Positions 14,593 through 27,400 of a stretch of 64,000 nt of DNA are shown here, piece by piece; the first letter of the stretch is position 1, and every line of letters begins with the position of its first letter. Origin of the DNA: Perna viridis (Eukaryota); contig CM074524.1 in assembly GCA_037379345.1 (NCBI GenBank), positions 3,817,635 to 3,881,634 on the forward strand. The letters run 5' to 3'. The position numbers were made by a program, and so were the translations under genes. A model generated the notes under the pieces. That model saw nothing but the letters and a program-made list of their open reading frames with translations, did not search any database and was not told the origin of the DNA.

Positions 14593-15410
14593 TTGTACAG
14601 CTGCTTTTCTCTGATGCACATGGTTAGCTATGCAACACAATCCATAAGATTAAGATTTAAATGGCTCCAAGTCAACAAAATTATATGAATGTCAGGTACA
14701 AATTTACACCTGTTATCGACTGTGTACCACTTCTACTTCAAAAGGAAATGTCGGAGTTTATCACTTTCATTTGATATTTTATATATTGTACTTTGACAGA
14801 ATAACAATATGTTGGAATGTGTTTTTGATTAAGATATATTTACATTGGTTTTAAATCAATTTATCCTTGAAAGTACAGAAAAATTGTAAATTTTCTTATA
14901 AATGACGACATGGAGAGAAACAACCGGAAGATCGTTTTGTAATAGATCTAGAACAGTGAATATTTATTTGGACGCTGGGATGTTTATAAAAATGTTTGAG
15001 AAGCTTTTGCCTCGTGTTGTCCCTCTAATTTCATGTTATTTTTATTGATTATCGCATATGAATGTTCATTGTTTTTTATCCTAAGTACCCCTTGGGTAAT
15101 AGTATTAGACGCATTAGCTTTAAATCTAGTTACTTCACACCCTTGAAAATTTTGGTAAATACTTATGCCATTAACGGTAACTCGATGTAAAATCATTGTA
15201 TCCTATTATTACTATGAAACCAGGACAAATTTAACGTCGGGTTAAAATATAAACGGTTGTAATATCCTATTAGAGGATAGTAAAGTTTTATTTTAACCTC
15301 TATGATTATTTCTACGAGTCTCGAATGTAATAGCTAGGGATGCCTTACCATATATATCACCGGTGAGTAACCTACATTACCTTGTTTTTACAGAGGGATG
15401 CAGTGCGACC

Positions 15411-15493
15411 ATGGGGTACGGAGAAACATTGTGCGATGGAATAGACCTCCATTTTATGGAGGATAGCCAATCAGACGAGGAAGACTGGATCAG
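15411..15493 (+). CDS. KCNT: KCNT exon 1 (candidate N-terminus [28 protein letters not shown])
   Basis: Acceptor tttttacag at 15393, ATG in ACCATGG context, donor gtattg. Phase 2 matches exon 2. The N-terminus is not conserved, so support is structural only. Confidence 0.6.
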
Positions 15494-18400
15494 GTATTGT
15501 AGGCCTACGTTGAAATGGGGGTCTGTGGTTATTTCACTGGGATCAGTCTCTAGTGGGTAGTTATTCCCTGTCTGGCGGATCTCCAAGACTTCGTGATGGT
15601 GCAAATTTTATGGTAATGCTTGACAATGTACTCATGATCATGGAGTCTGTATCGGCAGATATGTTATGGTCCTTGTTGGACTGGACAAAGAAATGTTATA
15701 TTTTTGCAATTTAAAAGAGAATACTAATATTTCCAAAACCCGAGGAGGTAACGAGTTAAATGGGAAGGGACTGATGTGCTAACCAAAAAGGTCCACTTAT
15801 TTGCAAAGGATGGGAATTCTAGATATTTATATTTTATTTATATAGATAGGGTCTTCACAATGAACCACTGAAGAACATAAAAAGCATAAAAGGATGTCAC
15901 TTTAATTTTTCATGATACTTAGAGTGGTGGTTAAAACATTTCTGGACCGTTACGGTGTACACCCAGTCCTTAATATATGTTATGTTATAACCCCACTTCC
16001 CCCCTGTGGTGAAATCGGAATCGTAATTATAGACAATTGTGAACACATGCGTAGGAGGCAGAAACTTATTGGTACTGTTTCTGACATAGAGACACGAAAT
16101 GACCTCTCATCTCGCACAGCTCAACAAGATAGAAAATAAGCAAACAGGTGAAATATGTCAAAATAAAGAACAGAAAAAAACATTTTATGTGAAATTTATT
16201 GGTACGGCATTCCGTGTCTGTCAAAATTATTGGAACGGCCGGAGCAGTACTAATCGTACCGGTACCGATTCCTACGACTGTGGTGAAATCATTTTGTAAA
16301 GAATAAGAGTATATTATTAAGCGACTGACATAGGAGATGACTTTTTCATACGTTTCCCTTCCTTGTACAAAATTTACCCTATTAAACGATGATTAATCTT
16401 GCAGGGTTCTGTTCTGATTTGACCGTGCAAAGATTCTATTGGTAATTATAAATCTTACAGTTTATTAAAAAACACACACACATTTTCTTATGTATGTACA
16501 ATAACTTGAGTACTCAGTTCATGGACCTCTTTGAAATTGTAAATAAGAATAATTAAAGACCGTGAGATTTTCCCGGGTTGATTTTATACATACCCTCATT
16601 CAACTTGGAATAACCTTGTCCATCCATACGTTCGTCTATATTTTTTCATAATTATTTCAGTTCCCAATGGACGAATTGATAACACATTTGGTGTGTGGCA
16701 TTATGTAGGTGCCCAGGCATACTTTGTAACCGCTACCTGTTTCGTTGGATTTGATGATTTTTTATTTGTCATAAAGTATTAGCTCTCAATGGGTGGATTG
16801 ATTTCAAATGTAATTTGTGACTTGATATAGATATATATGTTGTGAGCATTTTTTTTGTACTTTCTGCAGATATCTACTTCCGGTAAGAACAGGGATAACC
16901 CTAACATGACAATGTGTGCAGCATCCTGTCATTTCAAGAAAAACTTGGTTGATGCACTTATTTGAATTGTTTGCCTATTTCTGGTCAGAAAAAAATCAGA
17001 AAATAGGGTTTTATATTTTTTTTTTGTTTTCTTGATAAATGCTTTGAGTTGGCAACAAAAAAGGGTATATTGGGTCAGTAAGACATATGATGTGTAAACA
17101 GTATATATTATTAAAATGTCTTTTTCCTTCCACTATTGGATACTAGAAATTATATTTGTGACTAGAAAAATATTATTTGTCCATGGCTTTCATGTATACC
17201 TACTTGAAAGAAAAGATAATGCAAAAAAAATATGTCTGTTTCTTATCTACTTATTTTGTTTGTTTGTGCCTATCCTTAACATTTTGTGGCTATTTTGAAT
17301 CATGTACTGTTAAAGTCTAGATTGTCTGTCCATTAACTCAGTGTAAAATGTTTCTGAAAAATAGAATGCTTTCTCTACAAACCTACCCTTTTTTGTCCCT
17401 GAACAAGTGGGATAGTATAGTACTTGGCTTTCCATCCATCCGTCCATCCGAAATTGGTTTAAGGGTGTAACTTTTAAGCACCTTCATTGAATTTCACCAG
17501 ACTTGGACAGTTGAAGCCTTATGACATAAGGAAGACACCTGTTGATTTTGAGTTCAGTAGGTTGAAGGTCAGGGTCACATGGACTTGACAAAATATTATT
17601 TTGGGGCGAAATTGGTTTCTGAAGGATAACTTTTGAACGCCTTTCTGGAATTTCACCAAACCTGGTTAGTTGAAGGCTTATGCAGTTATGGATAAGGAAA
17701 TAATATTCTATGAAATTTTACTTTTGTTGTGAGGTGGGGGACCTGGCTCACTGGGCTTGTTTATTTTTGCTGGTAGCAGGAAATAGGACTATTATTTTTT
17801 TTTTGCCCAGCTGTACAAATTTTAATTAGGAAAAAAATTGTTGTCCACAAGAAGAGATGCTTCTTTAGGTTACATACTCTTGTTTTGTTGCCCAATATTT
17901 AAGTAGCACTCAAGCTAAGAATTGTGCAAAATTGTGGTTGAAAAGCCTACTTATTTTTATTTTTGATATTTTGTTTAAAATGCTTAAGTAAACAGAAAAT
18001 ATCATGTGGCTTTTTTCGTATAACCTTTCCTCATAAGAGATATAAATTATATAGAATGTACTATAGAATTCAATGTTAAGGGAGATAACTCTGTAACAGA
18101 CGCTAAAATACAATAGAAACTATTGGATTTTCAATTAGAATGAAAAGCAGACCGAATAGAATGAACAATTATACATTTTATCATACAGACCTATAATGCT
18201 ACTTAATGAAAATATTAAAAAATATGTTGCCTGTTTTAGGGTGTATCATTTTCATATATTATAGAATTTGCATGATGCTACTTAAAAGACTTAAAATGTG
18301 CACAGTACAGTCCAGGATGTGAATGAACATGTCATGTCAAATTTGATCTGCTGGGATTCAACTACTGAGGGAATATATGTCATACAAAAATCTTTGAATC

Positions 18401-21400
18401 TCAATAGACCACTGTCTAAATCTATTAAGTGGAGATATTTTGTTTGAAGGTTAATTATCTGTTTTTTTCTTTATGTTAATTGAAGATTGAGAAATGAAAA
18501 TGAGGATTTTTTGGAATTAATTGAAATGATTTAAGAATGTTATAGGCAAACACCTTCTTGGTTTATTTAATACAAATCTCGAAAAGGCAAATTTACCACT
18601 TATATTTACTGGGGCTAGGTGTCCAAAATTGTCATTGACTTTTGGCATGTAAACTACATGTACACATACCCTTTATAAAGAAATAGTAATGCTTAGGGAC
18701 AAAAACATGAAATAGGACTGAGGTTGAAGCTTTCCATAATTAAGGGCAGTACCCATTTAAGTAACCGACATCAGAATTACTATATTCATCAATCACTGTT
18801 CTTGTTTTTTTTTTTCAATAGTTTTCCATCACTAAAGTGATGTTCAATAGCAAACAAATCAGGATATCAAACATTTCAATTGGCTGATTGTCAAGTCTCT
18901 TAATCTGTAGGATCTTAGCTGGCAGTGGTTAAAATGTAGGTCATAAAAATACCAAGTGACAAAACTATGCAGAAAAAAAGAATGAACATTCACAGTTGTG
19001 TACACATGGCTGGATTGTAAACATGTGAAGTTGACTTTCCATTTGATTTTCTGATTGATTTGTTTACAATGATCTTGTAAGGTCAGTTAGGATTACTGAA
19101 TGATGAAAATTAAACAAATGATAAACCTGGGATATTATTATTTAAAATATGAGATCGCAACAGAAATCTACTGGCTTTATTGACAGGTAATATCTTAATG
19201 TTTTTTTGTTTTTGTTTTATTTTTCAGAACTTGAAATTCTTTTGTATAAGTTTTACTTTTAACTTATTTAAATGTATTATGTTAAATTGTAAGCAATCAA
19301 ATGTGACCTGACTGTGAACTTTTTATCAAAATAAGTATATCCTTGTTTTACTAATCAGTGATTTAATATGACACTTTTTTCCATAAAAATCAAGAATTAA
19401 ACCAGATTTTTTTATTGCTTAATGAAATAAGGTTCAGGTTTTACATATATATACATTGTATATATAATTCCTTAAACAATAGCCCTCAATAAACTGCATT
19501 CTTGCTATACTCAGGGGTCAATATCCTAATATTGATTAACATGTATATGTACACTCCTTTACTTCTTTCTACAGAGATATGTGTGTTATTCACTTGTCTT
19601 TATGATTTCCCATACAAAGTATATATAAAGATATAACCCACTGTATAAAAATAGGAGAGACTTAAGGAAAACAATTGATGTAAGAATGTCAGAAAAAAAA
19701 TCTTTCATGGCATGCTGTTAATTATTTTATATCTGCAATCTTCAAAGTTAAACTTTTTTTTTACCAGGGGCTTGAAAGTTTAAACCATTTCAGACAGCTT
19801 AGAAATCAGATAAAGGAGTATTTATTATCTAATACATTTTAAGGTATTCATGCTTCATCAAACTAATAATTTTGGGTTAAGTGCAAAGTTCTTCTAAAAT
19901 TCTTAAAGTGTCACAAAAATGTTAAATATCAAAGATATTTTGAGTGACAGCAGTTGTTACAATATCATATTTATTCCACAGTTGTTATGGTTAAGGGGCC
20001 TGCTGCCTGAACCAAAGATGATAAATTACTTTTTTTTTCATTTTTAGCTCACCTGGCCAAAGGCCAAGTGAGCTATTGCCATCACTTGGTGTAAAACTTG
20101 GTATGAATGTTCCTTGAGGTATCCTGCATAGAACTGACATGGAGATTTTTGATCCGCTAAAAAAACATGGCTGCCGTTACTTGTTTTATTATTCATTACT
20201 GTACAACTTTTTTTACATCTATAAAATATGACAATGTCTCTTAATACTCTTTTACACACATTTATCTTGCATTTGAACTTCTTCCCTCATGAATTCCTAA
20301 ATTTAAGTCCATTGAGTTGATACTTTCATTCATATTCAACGTATTTAAGGTATTAAAATCTAAAGATAAATCAAAGGGCCTTGAACTTAGCAAACAGTTT
20401 TCCAGATTTTTTTCTAAACACTTGCAGCTTATTTTTGGTGTGTGAGTCTACCATCAAGTTTAGGTTTTGTTCCCTTTCGCTGATTTTTACTGAAATTATT
20501 GGCCTTTGGCAAATTTCACAGAAATAACAGTTTCCCTGACTTTTTTCCTAAACACTTGCAGATATTGAGCTGATTTTTTGGTATGTGAGTCAATCATGAT
20601 GAGTTACAGATGAAGTTCACATTTTGTTCTGCTATGCTTATTTTTACCGAAATAACAGGCCTTTGACTAAGCAGTTTTCATGAAAGTAACAGTTTTCCAA
20701 ATTTTTTTCTCAACACTTTCAGATATTGAACTGATTTTAGGTATGTGAGTCTACAATGTACCCTCATGAGTTACAGATCAAATTTATGTTTCATTGAGAA
20801 TTTTTATTCAATTTCCTTTTATTTTCAAATACTTTTTATTGAAGAGTCCAATATGTGGATTTGTTGGGTATGTGAGCACGCTCACCAAGGTTCTTTAATA
20901 TTAAATATGGTTTCATTTGCTAATGTTTAACCATTTAAGGAGGTAGACCTAGGGTAAGGGACACAACTCTTACAAATCATTGGAATGTTTGTATTCAACA
21001 TTTTACATCAGTCTCATGTAAGCATCAAAGTAACTTGGACTGATTTCATTCTGTTTCAAATGAAAGCTTGATAGGCTTCTTAATAAGTTGTTGTTTTATA
21101 TATTAGATCAACCTTATTATCCCAATTTGCAGGGAAACAAAATAATTACAGAATTAGGTTAAGAAAATATTTTGATTTTAATGAATATTTTGAAATTCAT
21201 ATAAGAATTAATTGGTGACACAGAGAATATTTATATACATCACTTCTACATGTTAAACAGATGAGGGATTTACTTACTAGTAGAAGGTATATTTTTAAGT
21301 ATAAGTGTTATAAATGTGTAAGAATCAAGCAAATTGGGAAACATCAGAAACATTCATGTCATAAACCCACCAATCTGACAATGTAATATCACTCAAGAAT

Positions 21401-24400
21401 ACTTTCTCTATTTGAAAATAACACTATTTAATCTCTGCATCATTGCTTTGCCCAAAAAATTTCCAATAGAATGTTCGAAAAATTATTGACAGAATTATCT
21501 GCCATTGAAATGTTCATTTTCAGTGCATTTTAATGAAATTGTAACTCAATGGTCCAGCAAGATATGGAAAATATTGTTTGCCTTTCTGATGGTGCAAATA
21601 GTCATATTACACTATCAAAATGATGGGTTTTCTCATACCATGTTTCACCTACTGCCTGATTCTTACAGGACTGACACTTAATATGAATACTTTTTTTTTT
21701 TTAGATCAGCTCCTGTGAAATACTTCTCCAATGAGTTACCGATAAGGAACAGACTAAAACGGCTCTTTCTCAGGAACCCAACAACAAGTAAGAAAATTAT
21801 TTTCTCATGAATCCTACCACAAGTAAGAAAATCATTTTCTCAGGTATCCTACAAGAAGTAAGAAAATTCATTATTTTCTCATGAATCCTACCACAAGTAA
21901 GAAAATTGATTATTTTCTCAGGAACCCTACCACAAGTAAAAAAATTATTTTCTCATGAATCCTACCACAAGTAAGAAAATTATTTTCTCAGGTATCCTAC
22001 AAGAAGTAAGATAATTCATTATTTTCTCAGGTATCCTACAAGAAGTAAGATAATTCATTATTTTCTCAGGTATCCTACCACTAGTAAGAAAATTAATTAT
22101 TTTCTTGGGAATCCCACCACAAGTTAGACCATTCATTGTTTTCTTAAGAACTCTTCCAAAAGTAATATCATTTGTTGTTTTCCCATGAACCTTTCCACAA
22201 GTTAGATCATTTATTGTTTTTTTTCAAGATTTCTACCACAAGTTTGATCAATCAATATCTCTTTCAAAATAATTGAAGATATGGGGACTTCTTTTTTTGG
22301 CCTTGAAAGATGTTAAGTAAAAACTTTGCATTTAGAAAATTTAGCTTTTGCAGAATATGTCAAGAAACATTAAATGTGTTAAGCATGTTATATTTAACAC
22401 ACTTATTAGTCAATTTCTTTATCATTTCATTCAAACATTATGATTACAAAACAGGAAGTGAAGTGTAGTCATTTTTGTCAGGTAAAATTGGCTGGAGAAT
22501 TCAAATTGATAAAAAGTGTCTGTTTTGGAAAAAATGTACATCTTGGAAATTATTTTCTGAAGCTGAAATTGTTTTATTTGATTACTTAAGAGTATGTATA
22601 AATACTCTGTTTTTGAATGTTATTGGAAACGAATTTTTGGACAGGTCTAAGAATTTGTGAAAAAAGTGAAATAAAACAAAATTTGTAAATGAAGTTGGAT
22701 ACTGTTAAATTATTGATCTTTCTTTTAAATCAGTATCAATGATTAACATTCAGTTTAAACATGTAGGGGAAAAACAATTGTAAATTATATGGGAAATAAA
22801 AATTTATGATTACAGTTTCATTTTACATCATATAATCTTTGAAACTGACTGTGTATGCTACTATTTTCATAAGGATAAAAAATCTTCAGTGCTAACAACA
22901 CTTTGATTACCTTATTCTATATGTTAAAATCACATTGACTACACAAACATGACATAAAAGTCTAGGTAACATATTTCCTCATAAAAAATCACCAAAATGA
23001 ATTTTATTATTTATGGTATTCAGCTTGATGCATTATCTATCTTGTTTGCTATGGAAATCTTTCCTGTTATCATAATTATACATCAATAAAGTAGTGCTCC
23101 AGCTAAGAATCATGCGAAATGTGATTCATGGGTGAAAAGCCTACATATTTTTATTTTTGATGTTTTGTTTGAAATCCTGCAGTAAACAGAAATTAACATT
23201 CCGTTTTTAAGAAAACTCATGCTCTTAGGAGATAAGAATTATATAAAATGCACTGTAGATTTCAAATTTAAGGGAGATAACTCTGTAAATGACACTCAAG
23301 TACAATAGAATCTATTAGATTTTTAATGTTGATTATCTCCTAAGAGCAGACAGATTTGAATGAATAATTACACGTTTTATAATATAAGCCCATAAATCAA
23401 CACAATAACAAAAATAAAAATATGTAGCCTTTTTTAGGTGTATCACATTTTACAGAATTTGCATGATTCTTACAAAGACTACTACTTAAAACTTTGACAC
23501 TCTTCACAAATGGTTTTATTATCAAACATTCAAACTTAATCCATCTTAACCAAATCAATAACTTAGTGACTATTACACTGTAGAGTTAGTAAGGTATAAT
23601 AATACATCTGTATGTAACCATACTTTATCACCATAATGACATGGTCTATATGATAAGGGTAAATCTCTTGTGTCAGATTTATACCTATGGAGAAAAATTA
23701 CATCAAGAATTAAGTAGCTGTCTTTGTAAGAATCAAACAATATCTAAAAAATGTGATACACCCCAAAAAAGGCTACATATTGTTATTTTTGTAATTAAGT
23801 TGTTTTATGGGTTTATATTATGAAATGTGTTATTCATTCAAATCTGTCTGCTCTTAGGAGATAATCAACATTGAAAATCCAATAGATTCTATTGTATTTG
23901 AGTGTCAATAACAGAGTTACTGCCCTTAATTTCGAAATTTACAATGCATTTTATATAATTTTTATCTCCTAAGGGCATAGTTATATGAAAAACTGAATGT
24001 TAATTTCTATTTACTATGGCAATTCAAACAAAATATCAAAAATAAAAATATGTAGGCTTTTCACCCATGAATCACGATTTGTATAATTCTTAGCTGGAGC
24101 ACTACTTAAATGGCCTTTTAACATATTGTAATCTACTTCATTGGGTTATCTTTGTAATATTTAATATTACTCCTACTCCATATGTTTTTTTTGTATATAT
24201 AACTTTAAAATCATTATAGAAAAAAGTGTAAAAGAGAGGAATATATATGTATATGTCAAAAAGACAATGACAACAGTGGCAATGCTACAAAACAGTAGAA
24301 AAACATCAGTCGATGGGTCTACAATAAATGTTATTCAAGATCAGATTAATGGTGTAATATGCTGCATGAGTATTAAAAAATTAATGTCATTACGAACTTT

Positions 24401-27400
24401 AAAAGATTATGATATTTACTCATAGCTTTGTTTAAGCTTTAAAAAGTTGAGGTCAACTGAGGTCATGCAGATGGCAAAAATATTAGAGAAATTGCAAATC
24501 ATGGAGGCAAAAGGGACAGAAATTCAAATTGATAATTTCAAAAAAATATTTAGAATGAGGCATATTTATTGAGATGTCTTACATGTTCCGAGACGTACAT
24601 GCAGTTCCAACCTTTTTTTTTTAATAGTCATGATAAACCAGAAAAAAATTTAATCCCAAAACTTACAGTATAGTGAAATCTAGGGAGTAATACAAGAGTT
24701 TTTCTTTCGACAGGATTTGGTTTATCTAGGGAGTAATACAAGAGTTTTTCTTTAGACAGGATTTGGTTTATCTAGGGTGTAATACAAGAGTTTTTCTTTA
24801 GACAGGATTTGGTTCATCTAGGGAGTAATACAAGAGTTTTTCTTTAGACAGGATTTGGTTCATCTAGGGTGTAATACAAGAGTTTTTCTTTCAACAGCAT
24901 TTGGTTCATCTAGGGTGTAATGCAAGAGTTTTTCTTTCAACAGCATTTGGTTTATCTAGGGTGTAATACAAGAGTTTTTCTTTAGACAGGATTTGGTTTA
25001 TCTAGGAAGTAATACATTGAGTTTTTAAAGTAACGATAAACAATTCCTGTATGTGTATAATTTTAATGAAATTTATTTTGTTTTTAGGATTAGGCAGTAG
25101 AATATTTGACCTGGTAGTGAAATTCCTGATATGCCTTTTGTATGTTATCCGTGTGGAATTGGATGATGTTCAAAGTTATGCTTGGTGAGTTACATAATGT
25201 TTAGTTGTACCAGGTGCCATAAAACTGCCAAAGACAAGTATTCAAACAGAAGTTTAAAAAGCAAATCAAATCTCTCGTCATTAAAACAGTGTTCTCGGCA
25301 TGAGTGATCGTCTTTTTGGTTATTCACAATAAACAATTGCTTATCCTAGTTATTATATAGATTTTCTTCATGATTTATCGATATTTTCAATATGAATTTT
25401 TAATTCTGTGATTGACGTATTGATATCAAAGTTGTGACGTTTTGGTGGGAGAAAGAGCCGAGTGAAATTACTGATTTTATTTCATTGTGAATTATCAAAA
25501 TTTATTACACTGGGAACATTCGATAAAACACTACTATCTATATAATAGTAATAAATATATAGGTGGTTATTTTGATGAGGTTTTTATATATTATTTAGTT
25601 GAGTAATTATGACCCAAGATTATTTTTTACAATTGTTTTGTCCATAACTTTGTTTCTCTGTACCTTGACAACATCATATCTGGCAGTAATTTTCTTCCTT
25701 AAATATTTTACCCCAAGAAGAAAGATTATTATATATCAGAAATAGCACTAGAGTGCCAAGAATTCATATTTGGAGACACTTTTTCTACTTGCTATATATT
25801 TTTAAAAAAGAACTTCTGGGTGTTTTGGATAATAAACAGAAAGAAATAATTTACCCAAATGAAATCACAAATATCTTGGAGTATGTAAATAATGCATGAC
25901 ACAGGCTTTCTCGCCACAAGAAATTTCTGACAAGAAGTAGAGTATTCACATTGTATTGATAATTGAAGATTTTTTTTCTCTGTTTCAGTCAGGGACAAGA
26001 CTGTAAAGCTCACAATTTATCCCTACCAACAGACAGTGACCAGATGAAATTCTCATCAAATGCTATCAACTGGTATGTAGCAAAGTAACAGAAAATGGGG
26101 TTATCAACTGGTATCAAGTGGTATATGTTGTAGTTACAAAAAAGGGGGAGAGTCCCAACTGGTACATGTATGGGGTATTGTGGGAAAAGTGGGAGGGTTA
26201 ACAATTGGTAAAATGTATTGGGTATTGTTTCAAGAAAAGTGGGAGGTTTATCAACTGGTACATGTATTGGGTATTGTCACAAGAAAAGGGGAGGGTTATC
26301 AACTGGTACATGTATGGGGTATTGTCACAAGAAAAGGGGAGGGTTATCAACTGGTACATGTATGGGGTATTGTCACAAGAAAAGGGGAGGGTTATCAACT
26401 GGTACATGTATGGGGTATTGTTACAAGAAAAGGGGGAGAGTACCAACTGGTACATGTATGGGGTATTGTTACAAGAAAAGGGGGAGAGTACCAACTGGTA
26501 CATGTATGGGGTATTGTTACAAGAAAAGTGGGAGAGTACCAACTGGTACATGTATGGGGTATTGTTACAAGAAATGTGGGAGGGTTATCAACTGGTATGT
26601 GGTATAGGTTTTCACCAGATTAATATTATTTTGTAGACTTACTGTGATTGTAATCTGCAGTATATCACGCCTAAATATATTTTTTTGTCTGTTGATGGAT
26701 TTTCTTCGATTTCTCAAAGCAAATATAAAGGTAAACATATGTTCTTTGAAATGTGTAAAACTAGCAGGTTAATGGGAACATCAGTGCAGAGTTGGTGCTT
26801 GACTGACAATTACTATATTGATTGTACATATATAATGTTTCCTTTTTTTAATATTACTATGAATTCTCAAGTAGCTCTGTACTGGTTGCTGTAGGTATGT
26901 GATTATATGGGTACAGAGACCTCTGGCTCAATGGATACTACAAGTCTTCTTCTCAGTCATAACACTAGTCAAAGCATGCTTGGAGCTATATATAGGATCC
27001 AAGGTGAGTGCTTTAGGAGGTAGACCTTGGGTAAGGGACACAACTCTTAAAAATCATTGGAACGTTTGTATTCAGCATTTTACATCAATCTCAAGCATCA
27101 AATTAACTTGGATTGATTTCATTCTTTTTCAAATTGAAACTTGATAGGCTTTGATGAAATTGAATATGATACAAACATGTAACTGATTTCAAGAGTTGTT
27201 TCCCTTTCCTTTTGTCTACCTCCTTAACTCCTATTCAAGGCATGATTTTGACTGGAAATTTACATATGGCATAAGGTGGCAACAAAAAATATTGGTATGG
27301 TGCTAGCCATACCTCTCATACCTGCTGCTAGGTCCCTGTTTAATGTTGGTTCAGGATTATTAAGTTTTTTTAAAAGATTTTTACATTTTTAAGGTAGAAT

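Noticed and set aside
14353-14688. ORFs containing X runs
   Set aside because: They span the assembly gap.
26180-26636. Overlapping repetitive ORFs in several frames
   Set aside because: Products of the 48 bp minisatellite.
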